Source of the DNA: Patescibacteria group bacterium
Lineage (GTDB): Bacteria; Patescibacteriota; Patescibacteriia; SG8-24; DYFX01
Length of the DNA stretch: 64,000 nucleotides
Assembly (NCBI GenBank): GCA_038062835.1
Contig: JBBTWH010000005.1
Span: 20,699 to 84,698 of the forward strand
Direction of reading: 5' to 3'
The notes under the pieces were generated by a model that was given only the letters and a program-made list of their open reading frames with translations, did no database searches and was not told the DNA's origin. Below are positions 47,659-57,106 of this stretch, piece after piece (the first letter of the stretch is position 1; every line of letters begins with the position of its first letter). Both the position numbers and the translations under genes were made by a program.

Positions 47659-48518
47659 AGGGAGTTGGCGGAAGCGGCCAGGAGGCCGACGAGCATCGGC
47701 AGGGCGAGGACGGCGAGCGACCAGGCGCCGCGGTGCTTCCTGAAATATTTCGCCATGCTGGACGTGAAGTAGCGCTGCTTCCTAAGCGTCATCGCCTGGG
47801 CGAAGCTGGCGCCGCCGTGATGGATGACCTGGACCGTCGGCAGGTAGACGACGCCCCAGCCGGCAGCCTTGGCGCGCTTGCAGAAATCGACGTCCTCGAA
47901 CCAGATGAAGAAGCGCTCGTCGAGCAGGCCGACGCTCTCGAAGACCTTACGGCGGACGAAGAGGGCCGCGCCCATCAGCTGATCGACATCCTGTTCCTTG
48001 CCGTAGTCGAGATCCTTGGCGAGATACGTCCTGAACGGCGGCGCTGACGGCCAGACATGCTGCAGCTTGAGCAGGATGAGAGCCTGGTCGATGAGGCCCG
48101 GGAACTTGCGGACGGACTCCTGCAGCGATCCGTCATGGTTCAGGAGCTTAGGACCGATGATGCCGACGTCGGGACGCGCCGCCATCCATTCCAGCGTCCG
48201 CTTCAGGGCGCCTTTGGTGACGCGGGTATCCGGATTCAGCAGCGCTACGACGCGGCCGGAACAGCGGCGGATGGCCTGGTTGTTGGCTTTGGCGAAGCCG
48301 AGATTACGGTCGTTCCTGATGAGCGTGACGGGCACGTCAGAACGGGCGCGGAACTTGGCGACGACGTCCTCGATATGATCCTTGGAGTCATTATCGACGA
48401 TGTAGACCTCGAGCGCCAGGTCTTCCTTGTTGGAGGCGATGGAACCCAAAAGTTCGCCGACGAGATCGGCGACTTTCCAGTTGACTGTGACGATGCTTAG
48501 GTCGGCGGGACGACTCAT
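47631..48518 (-). CDS. GT2 glycosyltransferase (WbbL-like)
   Basis: VDNDS.D, NLGFAKANN, LNPD, FEDVDFC. Confidence 0.92.
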   Translation of the reverse strand: MSRPADLSIVTVNWKVADLVGELLGSIASNKEDLALEVYIVDNDSKDHIEDVVAKFRARSDVPVTLIRNDRNLGFAKANNQAIRRCSGRVVALLNPDTRVTKGALKRTLEWMAARPDVGIIGPKLLNHDGSLQESVRKFPGLIDQALILLKLQHVWPSAPPFRTYLAKDLDYGKEQDVDQLMGAALFVRRKVFESVGLLDERFFIWFEDVDFCKRAKAAGWGVVYLPTVQVIHHGGASFAQAMTLRKQRYFTSSMAKYFRKHRGAWSLAVLALPMLVGLLAASANSLWKSVRDKR

Positions 48519-49219
48519 GTCTGCAATTGATGTTTCTTCCTGATGACTGCGGCGGCGTCCTCGTACTCGCGTATGCGCTTAGGCATCCAGCCGATGCGCT
48601 TCCACGGGATGCGGTAGACGATTTTCGGCATCCAGTTCGAGATGTTGCGGCGCTTGGTGAGCACGCGGCAGAGGACTTCAGGCACCCATACGCCGACGTC
48701 TCCCCTTTCGAGCATCGTGAGCCAAAGATCCCAGTCCTGGAAGCGCTTGAGAGATTCGTCGAAGCCCGGGAAGCGCTCTCGGCGGATGAGCGAACCCGTC
48801 TGCATGTAATTATGCTTCTTCAAACGCTCCGCATCGAACGGCCAGAGGCGGAAGAGCTTCCAGCCGAATCGGAACGAGGCGTAGGCGTAGGCCGCTTCGG
48901 GGCGCTCGGCGAGCGCGGCGGCGAGCTTGGCGAGAGCGTCCTTCCGCCAGACGATGTCGGCGTCGCTGAAGATGACGAGGCTGCCGGAACTTTCGCGGAA
49001 ACCGCGGTTGCGGGCCGACGGGCCTCCCCTATTCTCCTGGCGCACCAGTCGGCAGCGCCCACGATACGGAGCGAGCGCGGCATCGAGATCGTCGGTCGAG
49101 CCGTCATCGACCACGACGATCTCGAGGTCGCGATGCGTCTGCGCCAAAAGGCCGTCCAGCGTCCTGCCGATGGTGGCGGCGTGATCGTAGCACGGGATGA
49201 TGACGGAGATGCGGCTCAT
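48515..49219 (-). CDS. GT2 glycosyltransferase
   Basis: VVDDGSTD, ARNRG, DAD, QDWDLW. Confidence 0.92.
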   Translation of the reverse strand: MSRISVIIPCYDHAATIGRTLDGLLAQTHRDLEIVVVDDGSTDDLDAALAPYRGRCRLVRQENRGGPSARNRGFRESSGSLVIFSDADIVWRKDALAKLAAALAERPEAAYAYASFRFGWKLFRLWPFDAERLKKHNYMQTGSLIRRERFPGFDESLKRFQDWDLWLTMLERGDVGVWVPEVLCRVLTKRRNISNWMPKIVYRIPWKRIGWMPKRIREYEDAAAVIRKKHQLQT

Positions 49220-50340
49220 AGCGTCTCAAGCCGCGCGCGAAGCTTCGCGGCCTGTTTCGGCCAGTTGAACTCCGAGTTGGCGCGCCGTCGGCCCGCTTCG
49301 CCGTAGGCGGCGGCGCGGGTCCGATCCGTCAGCATGCGGCAGACTTCGTCGGCCAAAAGATCGTCGCCCGCGTCCTCGGAGAGCACCGTGGCCGTCGCGC
49401 CGCCGACCACCGCTTCAGGAATGCCGCCCACGCGCGTCGTGACGATCGGCAGGCCGTGCGCCTGGGCTTCGACCAGCACGATGCCGAAACCCTCGACGTC
49501 GCCGGCGACCTCGCGCGCGGGCAGGACGAACGCGTCCGCCGCGCCGAAATAATAATGCAGCTTCTCGCGCGGCACGGACGCATGGAACATCACGTACGGT
49601 TTGAGGGCGTGGCGCGCGGCTTCACGCTCCAACGCTTCACGTTCCGGACCGGAGCCGACCAGAAGATAGACCACGTCGCCGCAGGATTTGCGCAGGCGGA
49701 AGAGGGCCCGGATCATCCGATCGAATCCCTTGCGGCGCGCCAGACGCCCCACCGAGAGCACCACCAGCCGCCGATCGAAACCGAGTTCACGCTTAGCTTC
49801 CGCCTTGTCGTCCATCGCCGAGTGGCCAAGGCCCGGGCAAGGGAAAACGACTTCCGTCCTTTCGCGCGGCGCGCCGGCGGCCACCGCCAAGGCGCGGGTA
49901 TATTCGCTGTTGGCCACGACCAGGTCGGCGTTCCGAAGCACGTGGCGCGCGCAAAGACGCTTCCATGGCGAGCGGGCGGCGAAATGAAGATCAGTCCCGT
50001 GCGTGAAAACGACGTACGGCAGCTTCCACAGTCGCTTCAGCATGAGCGCGACATACCCCATCGGCAGGAGATGCGAGACGGCCAGCGCCTCGGCGCGTTC
50101 CTCGCGGACGGCGCTCACGACCGGACCGAGAGCCGCGAGCCAGCGCCACGGTAAGCGGCGTGGACCGAGCAGGCGCGCGTGCCGGATCGGATACATGGCC
50201 GGCGGCGTCTCCCCTTTCGCGGCATCCGTCAGCACCGCGACGCGATCATGCGGAAGCGCGGAGAAGAGGCCATAGAGGTACTCGGCTACGCCGCCGCGCA
50301 TCGGCGGAAACTCAAGGGTGGCGAGCAGGATCTTCTTCAT
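49216..50340 (-). CDS. GT4 glycosyltransferase (PimB-like)
   Basis: FPPMRGG, VGRL..RKG, EGFGIVLVEA; start at ATG 50340. Confidence 0.92.
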   Translation of the reverse strand: MKKILLATLEFPPMRGGVAEYLYGLFSALPHDRVAVLTDAAKGETPPAMYPIRHARLLGPRRLPWRWLAALGPVVSAVREERAEALAVSHLLPMGYVALMLKRLWKLPYVVFTHGTDLHFAARSPWKRLCARHVLRNADLVVANSEYTRALAVAAGAPRERTEVVFPCPGLGHSAMDDKAEAKRELGFDRRLVVLSVGRLARRKGFDRMIRALFRLRKSCGDVVYLLVGSGPEREALEREAARHALKPYVMFHASVPREKLHYYFGAADAFVLPAREVAGDVEGFGIVLVEAQAHGLPIVTTRVGGIPEAVVGGATATVLSEDAGDDLLADEVCRMLTDRTRAAAYGEAGRRRANSEFNWPKQAAKLRARLETL

Positions 50341-51773
50341 ACGGAACGGGTGCGCACGCCGACGAGCAGTCCCTTGAGATCGGCGACCGTGACGGCGCGC
50401 AGGGCGAAAGCGGCGGCCGGATACAGGGCGACGCCGGCGAGCACCGCGATCGGGAACGGCACGTAGGTCTTGGCAAGCGTGACGCCGACGAACATCGCGG
50501 CCGCGGCGAGCGAAGCGCGGATCGCGACGCCGAAGAACTTCAAGGCAGGCCATTCGAGGAACTTCCCGACGGCGATGAAGCCGCCGACGAGGAGCGCCGT
50601 ATGGCTGACGATCGAAGCGACGACGACGCCGGTCAATCCGAGCGCCGGGATGAGCGCGACGTTCAGGACGACCGAGATGACGGTCGCCATGCCCATGAGC
50701 TTCGTCTGCGTCATCTGACGGTCGGAGGCGTTGAGCAGCGAGCCGATCGGGAAGTCGAGGAAGATCGGCAAGACGGAAAGGATGAGGAGCTGGACGGCGG
50801 CGACGGCAGGCAGATAGTCCTTGCCATACACGAAATCCACGAGTTCCGGCGCGAGCGCCATGATGCCGGCGGCGATCGGAGCGGCGATGAGCATGAGCGC
50901 CCAGAGCGCCTTGTAGAAGAGGTCGCCCAACGCCTTCTTGTCGGCGGCCCAGGCGCGGCTCATGGCCGGATAGAAGGCGGCCGTGAAGGCCATCGGCACG
51001 AACTGGAAGGCGAAGGTGAGCTTGTACGGCACGCTATAGAGTCCGGCGGCGGCCTCGCCCTTGAAGTGCGTCAGGAGCACCGCGTCGGCGCTGGTATAGA
51101 CCTTCACGAAGGCGCCCGCCAGCGCGAACGGGACGGCCATGCGCAGGATCTTCTTGGCGAAGCTCCAGTCCCACGAGAGGCGCGCGCGGATGCCGAGGCG
51201 CTTCCGGACGATCCACATCGAAGCCAGCGCGTTCCAGAAACTGCCGGCGATAAGGGCGACGACGAGGACGCCGAGCGGCGCGCCGAGCTTGAGCGCCGTC
51301 AGGCCGACGGCCATCGTGATGGACTGCCCCGCGATGAGGCCGAGGCCTTCGTATTTCAGGACGTGGTGCGCGCGCAGGACGCCGTAGAACGTGAGCGAGA
51401 TGGCGTCGAGCGAGATGACGATCGCCGCCAGCATCACGAGCACGCGCGTCCCCGGCGCGATATGGAAGAGCCACGCGCCGACGACGGCGGCGAGGACCGC
51501 GACGGCCGTGAGCGGGAGCTTCAGCGCGAGCGTCTGGTTGAGGTACTTCTCGGTCTGCAGCTTGTCCTTGGCCGCCTCGCGGATCAGGACGGGCGTAAGC
51601 CCCATGTCGGTGATGGTCGTGAACATCAAGGTCCACGACAGCGCGAAGAAGTAGGAACCCGTGTCCTCGACGCCGGCCCAGCGCGCGATGAGCGCGAAGT
51701 ACACGAAGGCGATGGCCTTCTGGAGGACCGAGGAGGTCAGCAGATGAAAGATGTTGGTCGCAACCCCGGGCAT
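50337..51773 (-). CDS. Wzx-type polysaccharide flippase
   Basis: Multi-TM, DMGL...LIRE, AGLYS, FYPAMS; first gene of the glycosyltransferase cluster. Confidence 0.9.
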   Translation of the reverse strand: MPGVATNIFHLLTSSVLQKAIAFVYFALIARWAGVEDTGSYFFALSWTLMFTTITDMGLTPVLIREAAKDKLQTEKYLNQTLALKLPLTAVAVLAAVVGAWLFHIAPGTRVLVMLAAIVISLDAISLTFYGVLRAHHVLKYEGLGLIAGQSITMAVGLTALKLGAPLGVLVVALIAGSFWNALASMWIVRKRLGIRARLSWDWSFAKKILRMAVPFALAGAFVKVYTSADAVLLTHFKGEAAAGLYSVPYKLTFAFQFVPMAFTAAFYPAMSRAWAADKKALGDLFYKALWALMLIAAPIAAGIMALAPELVDFVYGKDYLPAVAAVQLLILSVLPIFLDFPIGSLLNASDRQMTQTKLMGMATVISVVLNVALIPALGLTGVVVASIVSHTALLVGGFIAVGKFLEWPALKFFGVAIRASLAAAAMFVGVTLAKTYVPFPIAVLAGVALYPAAAFALRAVTVADLKGLLVGVRTRSV

Positions 51774-51810
51774 ATCGACCTAATTTTGCCTTATCCGGGC
51801 CAAAAAAACA

Positions 51811-51885
51811 ACCCGCGGCCGGCGGGTCCTGTCCCCTGCGGCCGCCCCTCCGCTGCGCTCGCTTCGCTGCGCGGTCGGAGGGACG
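51811..51885. repeat. GC-rich palindromic intergenic element
   Basis: CCCTCCG-CTGCGC...GCGCGG-T-CGGAGGG hairpin with CGCTTCGCT loop. Confidence 0.45.
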
Positions 51886-51925
51886 TCCTCCGGTGCCACC
51901 CGCCTACCACGGCGTGAAAATCGCC

Positions 51926-51954
51926 TTGACCAGGCCACGCGGCCTCGATATGCT
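51926..51954 (+). promoter_or_regulatory. Sigma70 promoter
   Basis: TTGACC-N17-TATGCT. Confidence 0.6.
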
Positions 51955-51992
51955 CGAGGTGCTCTTTGTGGAAGAAAAAAGTGGAGGAAAAA

Positions 51993-52376
51993 ATGAAGAT
52001 GATCGCCACGACCACCGAGCAGATGCTCGAGACCGTCCTGTTCCATATCCACGCGTCCGGCTGGGTGAAGGCTGAGGTCGAGAAGCTTGTCGACGTCTGC
52101 CTCGCCTTCCTGGGCTGCACGCGGCGCTGCATCTACCGGCAGCCGAGCGGTCCGGACCTGCGCGACCGTCTGCGCGCCTGCGTCGAGGCCGACATCGCCG
52201 CGCTCGTCGCCAAGGGCTACGCCCAGCGCACCGTCAGCTGCGTCCTGCTCACCTCCGTGGGCGTCCAGCAGGCCTACTACCTGAAGCCCGAGCAGGCCAT
52301 GTACGGCTCGCTCCTGCCGGTCACCTCCGTCATCTTCCCTCCCCGACCCGCACCCCTCACGGCCGCCAGGCCGTGA
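51993..52376 (+). CDS. Hypothetical protein (possibly winged-helix-like)
   Basis: GGAGG RBS, promoter and terminator; LVAKGY...LTSVG pattern. Confidence 0.6.
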   Translation: MKMIATTTEQMLETVLFHIHASGWVKAEVEKLVDVCLAFLGCTRRCIYRQPSGPDLRDRLRACVEADIAALVAKGYAQRTVSCVLLTSVGVQQAYYLKPEQAMYGSLLPVTSVIFPPRPAPLTAARP

Positions 52377-52392
52377 GTTTTTTCCAAAACCA

Positions 52393-52416
52393 AAATACCG
52401 CCATACGGCGGTATTT
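52393..52416. terminator. Bidirectional terminator
   Basis: AAATACCGCC-ATAC-GGCGGTATTT. Confidence 0.75.
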
Positions 52417-52423
52417 CTTGTCC

Positions 52424-52678
52424 TTACCTAGCATCCCTCATGAACTCCTCCTCGCTACAAATCTTGTGTTTTTCCAGCCATTCAGCCAGTCCTTTCACAA
52501 TGAAGAGATTGGCTTCGCGGTGCGACAGCGGAATCGGGTAAGAATCCATTCCATTTTTTAGCTCAACTTTCCAGTGGCGCCCCTCATCAGTGAGGTCGAT
52601 CAGTTCTTTCTTTGCCAGGCGCTTGAGTGCCCGTTTAACAGTCCGGGACTTGATGAGCCCCCATGGATTCTTCCCCAT
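52424..52678 (-). CDS. HicA-like toxin (putative mRNA interferase)
   Basis: 84 aa, basic; EGRHW (GxH) and PIPLSH; downstream of a HicB-like gene; lower GC. Confidence 0.6.
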   Translation of the reverse strand: MGKNPWGLIKSRTVKRALKRLAKKELIDLTDEGRHWKVELKNGMDSYPIPLSHREANLFIVKGLAEWLEKHKICSEEEFMRDAR

Positions 52679-52683
52679 AGGTT

Positions 52684-53055
52684 TTACGCTTTGACGACCT
52701 GCAGGTGAGACTGGAAGGCGCTCATTTGCACCTTGCCATCGTTCAACTTCACCCATTCATCCTGAGGCGGCCGATAGGAGCGGACATGGAGCATCTTCTC
52801 CTTGTGTCGCGCTTTGATCCCGTACGCAGTGTAAAGGCAGTCGTTGACCATCAAGAAGAGGTCCTCGGCGTCCTTGCCCTGAGTGCGGTACTCCTTCCCA
52901 TCAGCAACAATTTTGGCGACGATATATCCAGAATCACGAAACCAATCGACCCTCAAATTCTGAGGAAGCTTGTGGAAGTAAGCTTCAGCCACCTCAGCAA
53001 AAAAGTCGTCGGGTTCGAACCTCTCCTTCAACTTCTGGATAAGACGCATAAACAT
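52684..53055 (-). CDS. HicB-like antitoxin
   Basis: GYIVAK...TQGKDAEDLFLMVND resembles the HicB partial RNase H fold. Confidence 0.6.
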   Translation of the reverse strand: MFMRLIQKLKERFEPDDFFAEVAEAYFHKLPQNLRVDWFRDSGYIVAKIVADGKEYRTQGKDAEDLFLMVNDCLYTAYGIKARHKEKMLHVRSYRPPQDEWVKLNDGKVQMSAFQSHLQVVKA

Positions 53056-53069
53056 ACAATCGTGTGAAG

Positions 53070-53102
53070 ATTATGGTCGTTTCCCATTATTTTGTCAATG
53101 GG
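53070..53102 (-). promoter_or_regulatory. hicBA promoter with overlapping inverted repeat
   Basis: TTGACA-N17-CATAAT; CCCATT/AATGGG inverted repeat spanning the -35. Confidence 0.7.
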
Positions 53103-53180
53103 CGGTGGCGAAGCCATGATACCCCAGGACACTGGCTTAGGTACAGACGGACTTCCCACGTTTTCGTTACTTCTTAACAA

Positions 53181-53208
53181 CAAACCCCACCAATTAAGGT
53201 GGGGTTTG
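53181..53208 (-). terminator. Terminator of the ribosomal protein operon
   Basis: CAAACCCCACC/GGTGGGGTTTG. Confidence 0.8.
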
Positions 53209-53217
53209 GGGTGTCCG

Positions 53218-53733
53218 TTAGCGCTTGGCCCACTGCGGGCTCTTGCGGGCCTTCTTCAAGCCGTACTTCTTGCGTTCCTTTTCGCGTGGGTCGCGGGTGA
53301 GGACGCCGAGGGGCTTCAGGGTGGTGCGGAGGTCGGGGTTGTGGACGAGGAGGGCGCGGGCGATGCCGAGCTTGACGGCATCGGCCTGGCCGCGGATGCC
53401 GCCGCCCTTGGCGCGGACGACGACGTCGGCGGTCTCGCTGACGCCGGCGGCCTTCAGCGGAACGAGGATCGCGTCCTGGAGGTCGGCGACGGGGAAGTAG
53501 TCCGCCATGGCCTTATCGTTGACGACGATCTTGCCTGAGCCCTGGAGGTACAGGCGCACCTGGGCGGTGCCGCTCTTGCGGCGTCCGAGCGCGTAGTGGT
53601 ACGCGCCGGTGGCCTCGTGGACGGGAGCCTTCTTCGGCTTCTCATCATGCGCCTTGGCGGCCTTCCCCTCGGCTTTGCTCGGGGCATGCTTGGCTGCGGG
53701 CTTCTTGACGGTGGTCGGTTTCTTGGTCGTCAT
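53218..53733 (-). CDS. rpsI: 30S ribosomal protein S9 (K/A-rich N-terminal extension)
   Basis: GRRK, GGG..GQA.A, LTRDPR..ERKKYGLKKARK.PQW.KR. Confidence 0.97.
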   Translation of the reverse strand: MTTKKPTTVKKPAAKHAPSKAEGKAAKAHDEKPKKAPVHEATGAYHYALGRRKSGTAQVRLYLQGSGKIVVNDKAMADYFPVADLQDAILVPLKAAGVSETADVVVRAKGGGIRGQADAVKLGIARALLVHNPDLRTTLKPLGVLTRDPREKERKKYGLKKARKSPQWAKR

Positions 53734-53737
53734 AGGC

Positions 53738-54103
53738 TTACTTCACGACCGTCAGGCGCTTCATGCGGCGCGCGCGGAGGGTATTCTTGGGGAGCATGCG
53801 GTCGACGGCCGACTTCAGGATGCGGGTCGGGTTCTTCTCCATGACGTCGCGGGCGCGGCGGGCCTTCATGCCGCCCGGGTAGCCGGAGTAGTTGAAGTAG
53901 TGCTTCTGATCGAGCTTGTTGCCGGTGAAACGGATCTTCGAGGCGTTCTTGACGCGGACGAGGTCACCGGAGTCGACGTTCGGCGCGTAGGTCGCCTTGT
54001 GCTTCCCCATGAGGAGGCGGGCGATCTCCGACGCCAGGCGGCCGACGACTTTGCCTTCGGCGTCGATCTCGACGATCTTGCGGTTGATGGGAGCATGCGG
54101 CAT
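53738..54103 (-). CDS. rplM: 50S ribosomal protein L13
   Basis: GRLASEIA..L.GKHK.TY.P..D.GD, SGYPGG, MLPKN. Confidence 0.97.
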   Translation of the reverse strand: MPHAPINRKIVEIDAEGKVVGRLASEIARLLMGKHKATYAPNVDSGDLVRVKNASKIRFTGNKLDQKHYFNYSGYPGGMKARRARDVMEKNPTRILKSAVDRMLPKNTLRARRMKRLTVVK

Positions 54104-54104
54104 A

Positions 54105-54455
54105 TCAGACGAGTTCGATCATCACCATCTCGGCGGCGTCGCCTTCGCGGCGTTTGAGCGGCGTGATGCGGGTATAGCCGCCCTTGCGGTCCTTGTACTT
54201 CGGGCCGATCTCCGTGACGATCTTCTTCACGGCGTTGTTCACCATGAGCATCTTGTGGAGCTGGCGGCGCGAGTTCAGAGTCGGGGTGCGGCCCACCGTG
54301 ATCGCCTTCTCCACCAGGGAGCGGACGAACTTGGCCTTGGCCTTGGTCGTCTTCACCTTCTCGTAGAGGATGATGGAGGTCGCCAAATTCTGGAGCAGCG
54401 CTTCGCGCGGTCCTTTGGTGCGGCCCAGGATGGCTTTCTTGACGCGGTGGCGCAT
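54105..54455 (-). CDS. rplQ: 50S ribosomal protein L17
   Basis: MRHR, TT..KAK, R.GGYTRI, R.GDAA.M..IELV. Confidence 0.97.
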   Translation of the reverse strand: MRHRVKKAILGRTKGPREALLQNLATSIILYEKVKTTKAKAKFVRSLVEKAITVGRTPTLNSRRQLHKMLMVNNAVKKIVTEIGPKYKDRKGGYTRITPLKRREGDAAEMVMIELV

Positions 54456-54457
54456 AT

Positions 54458-55261
54458 TTATTTCTTCTTGGAAGCCTTTTTCTTCTTCGGCTTCTCTTCC
54501 CCTTCTTCGGAGGCTTCTTCCTTCTCTTCCTCCTCCGCTTCCTCGGCGGCCGCGGCCTTGGCCGGAGCCTCGGCGTTCACGGCGGCGAGCAGGGCGAAGT
54601 GGTCGATGAGGATCTTGGCGGACGAGCGGACGGCCTCATCGGCGTCCACGGTGCCGTCAGTCTCGATCGTGAGCATGAGCTTGTCGAAGTTGGTGATCTG
54701 TCCGACACGGACGTCTTCGACGCGATAGCCGACGGAGCGGATGGGGCTGTAGAGGGCGTCGATGGCGATGGTGCCGAGCTCGCCGCGATCCTTGCCGCGC
54801 TCCTCGGTCGGGACGTAGCCGCGGCCCTTGGCCACGGTGATTTCCATCTCGAGTTCGGCGGACTTATCGGTCAGCGTAGCGATGTGGAGGTTCGGGTTGG
54901 CGACCTCGACGTCGGAGTTCGGCGCGATGTCCTTGCCAGTGACCTTCTTTTCGCCCTTGGCGTGAAGCGTCAGCTTGACCGGCTCGTCGGAGAAGACCTT
55001 CAGGCGGAGCTGCTTGAGGTTCAGGATGATCTCCAGCACGTCTTCCTTGACGTTCGGGAGTGCCTGGAACTCATGCGAGCCGCCCTTGATCTTCACGGCG
55101 GTCACTGCGGCGCCCTGGAGCGAGCTGAGGAGCACGCGGCGGAGGGCGTTGCCGACGGTGTGACCGTAGCCGTGGAAGAACGGTTCCATGGTGAGCACCG
55201 ACTCGTTGTCGCGCTCGCCGGGGATGATTTCGATCTTCGACGGAAGAAGGATGTCTTCCAT
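54458..55261 (-). CDS. rpoA: RNA polymerase alpha subunit lacking the alpha-CTD
   Basis: EP...GYG.T.GNALRRVLLSS, VKEDVLEIILNLK, GRGYV, IDALYSP; ends in an acidic/basic tail. Confidence 0.97.
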   Translation of the reverse strand: MEDILLPSKIEIIPGERDNESVLTMEPFFHGYGHTVGNALRRVLLSSLQGAAVTAVKIKGGSHEFQALPNVKEDVLEIILNLKQLRLKVFSDEPVKLTLHAKGEKKVTGKDIAPNSDVEVANPNLHIATLTDKSAELEMEITVAKGRGYVPTEERGKDRGELGTIAIDALYSPIRSVGYRVEDVRVGQITNFDKLMLTIETDGTVDADEAVRSSAKILIDHFALLAAVNAEAPAKAAAAEEAEEEEKEEASEEGEEKPKKKKASKKK

Positions 55262-55334
55262 AGGGGTTTGGGGTCCAGCGGCACGCGGCGCGACAGATCA
55301 GCAATCGCCGCGCGGCGACGGGACGGGCCAAGGA

Positions 55335-55964
55335 TTAGCGAGAGTAGAATTCGACGATCAGCTTGGCGTCGAAGCTCTTGTCGAGCTCCTCGGCCGTCGG
55401 CTTGTTGATGACTTTGCCGGCCATGTTCGGGACGTCCATCGTGAGCCAGGCCGGGGTCTGGTGCTTTCCGAGGCGTTCTGCGAGATCCTTGAAGGCGCCT
55501 TTCTTCATCTTGTTCGGCTGGATGGTGACGATGTCGCCGGCGCGGAGCTGGTAGGACGGGATGTCGACCGACTTGCCGTTCACCTGGAACAGGCCGTGGG
55601 TGACCATCTGGCGCGAGGCGGCGCGGCTCTTGCCGAAACCGAATCGGTAGACGGAGTTGTCGAGGCGCATTTCCAGGAACTGCTTGAGGAAGACGCCGGT
55701 GTCTCCGCTGCGGCCGGCGGCCTTGGAGAAGTAGCCTTCGAACTGGCGTTCCATCAGCCCGTAGATGCGCTTGGCTTTCTGCTTCTCGCGCAGCTGGACG
55801 CCGAACGGCGTGACCTTGGCGCGGGACGTCGGGCCGTGCTGGCCGGGAGGGAAGGCGCGGCGCGTGACCGGGCACTTGGGGCCGAGGCACTTCTCGCCCT
55901 TCAGGTAGAGCTTCTCGCCCTCACGACGGCACTGCTTGCATTTGGGTTCGGTATTGCGAGCCAT
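55335..55964 (-). CDS. rpsD: 30S ribosomal protein S4
   Basis: CKQCRREG, PPGQHG, QLREKQK, LEMRLDN, IVEFYSR. Confidence 0.98.
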   Translation of the reverse strand: MARNTEPKCKQCRREGEKLYLKGEKCLGPKCPVTRRAFPPGQHGPTSRAKVTPFGVQLREKQKAKRIYGLMERQFEGYFSKAAGRSGDTGVFLKQFLEMRLDNSVYRFGFGKSRAASRQMVTHGLFQVNGKSVDIPSYQLRAGDIVTIQPNKMKKGAFKDLAERLGKHQTPAWLTMDVPNMAGKVINKPTAEELDKSFDAKLIVEFYSR

Positions 55965-55973
55965 AGTGGAGGG

Positions 55974-56426
55974 TTAGACGCGGCGCGGCTTCGGCGGGCG
56001 GCAGCCGTTGTGCGGGATGGGCGTGACGTCCTTGATGGTGAGCACGTTGATGCCGTTGGCGTTCAGGGCGCGGACGGCCGACTCGCGGCCGGAACCGATG
56101 CCCTTCACGAAGACGTTGACGTCCTTGAGTCCGGTGTCCTTCACCTTCTCGCACACGTCCTTGATGATCATCGAGGCGGCGTACGGGGTGGACTTCTTCG
56201 GACCGCTGAAACCGACTTTGCCGGCGGACGACCAGGCGAGGACGTTGCCGTTCGGATCGGTGAGCGTGACGATGGTGTTGTTGTAGGTGGCCTGCACGTA
56301 GCAGCGGCCATGGGAGACCTGACGGACGCTCTTCTTCGTTTTCTTGCGGGGAGCGGCCTTGGACTTCTTCCCTTCTTCCGTCTCGACGGCCGTTTCGACC
56401 GGAGCGGTGATGGCGTTCTCTTCCAT
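55974..56426 (-). CDS. rpsK: 30S ribosomal protein S11
   Basis: TYNNTIVT, KSTPYAA, DVTPIPHNGCRP. Confidence 0.98.
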   Translation of the reverse strand: MEENAITAPVETAVETEEGKKSKAAPRKKTKKSVRQVSHGRCYVQATYNNTIVTLTDPNGNVLAWSSAGKVGFSGPKKSTPYAASMIIKDVCEKVKDTGLKDVNVFVKGIGSGRESAVRALNANGINVLTIKDVTPIPHNGCRPPKPRRV

Positions 56427-56447
56427 ATGAGGTTTACATCCAGTGAA

Positions 56448-56837
56448 TTAGGTCTTCATTCCCGCCTTGACGCGGCCGGAGCCCATCGTCTTGCGGACGT
56501 TGCCGCGCACCGTGCGCGAGTTGGTCTTGGTGCGCTGTCCGCGCATCGGGAGATTCTTGGCGTGGCGGCTTCCGCGATAGGAGCCGATCTCCTTGAGGCG
56601 CTTGATCTGGGCCATCGTGTCGCGGCGGAGTTCGCCTTCGACCTTCATGGACTTCTCGATGTGCTCGCGCAGCTTGTTGATCTCGGTCTCGGCCATGTCC
56701 TTGACGCGGACGTCGCCGTCGACGCCGGTCGTCTTGAGGATCTTGGCGGCCTGGGTGTCGCCGATGCCGTAGATGTACGTCAGGGCGATGAGGACGCGCT
56801 TGTTGTTAGGGAGGGTGACTCCGGCGATACGTGCCAT
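56448..56837 (-). CDS. rpsM: 30S ribosomal protein S13
   Basis: [27 protein letters not shown]. Confidence 0.98.
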   Translation of the reverse strand: MARIAGVTLPNNKRVLIALTYIYGIGDTQAAKILKTTGVDGDVRVKDMAETEINKLREHIEKSMKVEGELRRDTMAQIKRLKEIGSYRGSRHAKNLPMRGQRTKTNSRTVRGNVRKTMGSGRVKAGMKT

Positions 56838-56847
56838 AATCTTCAAA

Positions 56848-56961
56848 TTAGCCCTGGCGCTGCTTATGCTTAGGGTTCTTGCAGAGGATGCAGACGCGGC
56901 GCTTCCGGCGGACGACGACGCAGTCGCGGCAGATTTTCTTCACGGACGAGCGGACTTTCAT
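56848..56961 (-). CDS. rpmJ: 50S ribosomal protein L36 (absent from the ORF track)
   Basis: [37 protein letters not shown]. Confidence 0.97.
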   Translation of the reverse strand: MKVRSSVKKICRDCVVVRRKRRVCILCKNPKHKQRQG

Positions 56962-56982
56962 GTGGGTGTCTTTAGGAAGAGT

Positions 56983-57104
56983 CTGCGCCGTTGAAATCGA
57001 TGAGATGCGAAGCTCTGGAGCCGAGGCAGCCGTGAGGCGTACTTCGCGTACGCCGGAACGGGGCTGAGGCGAAGAGCGAGCAGATCGCGATTTCGACGGT
57101 GCAG
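56983..57104. repeat. Hairpin element between infA and rpmJ
   Basis: 17-bp inverted arms (two G:T pairs on the + strand) with internal GGCGTAC/GTACGCC hairpin. Confidence 0.65.
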
Positions 57105-57106
57105 GT

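Noticed and set aside
53600-53733. Low-complexity N-terminal extensions of S9 and S11 as novel domains
   Set aside because: Charged disordered tails on ribosomal proteins are common and show no further signal
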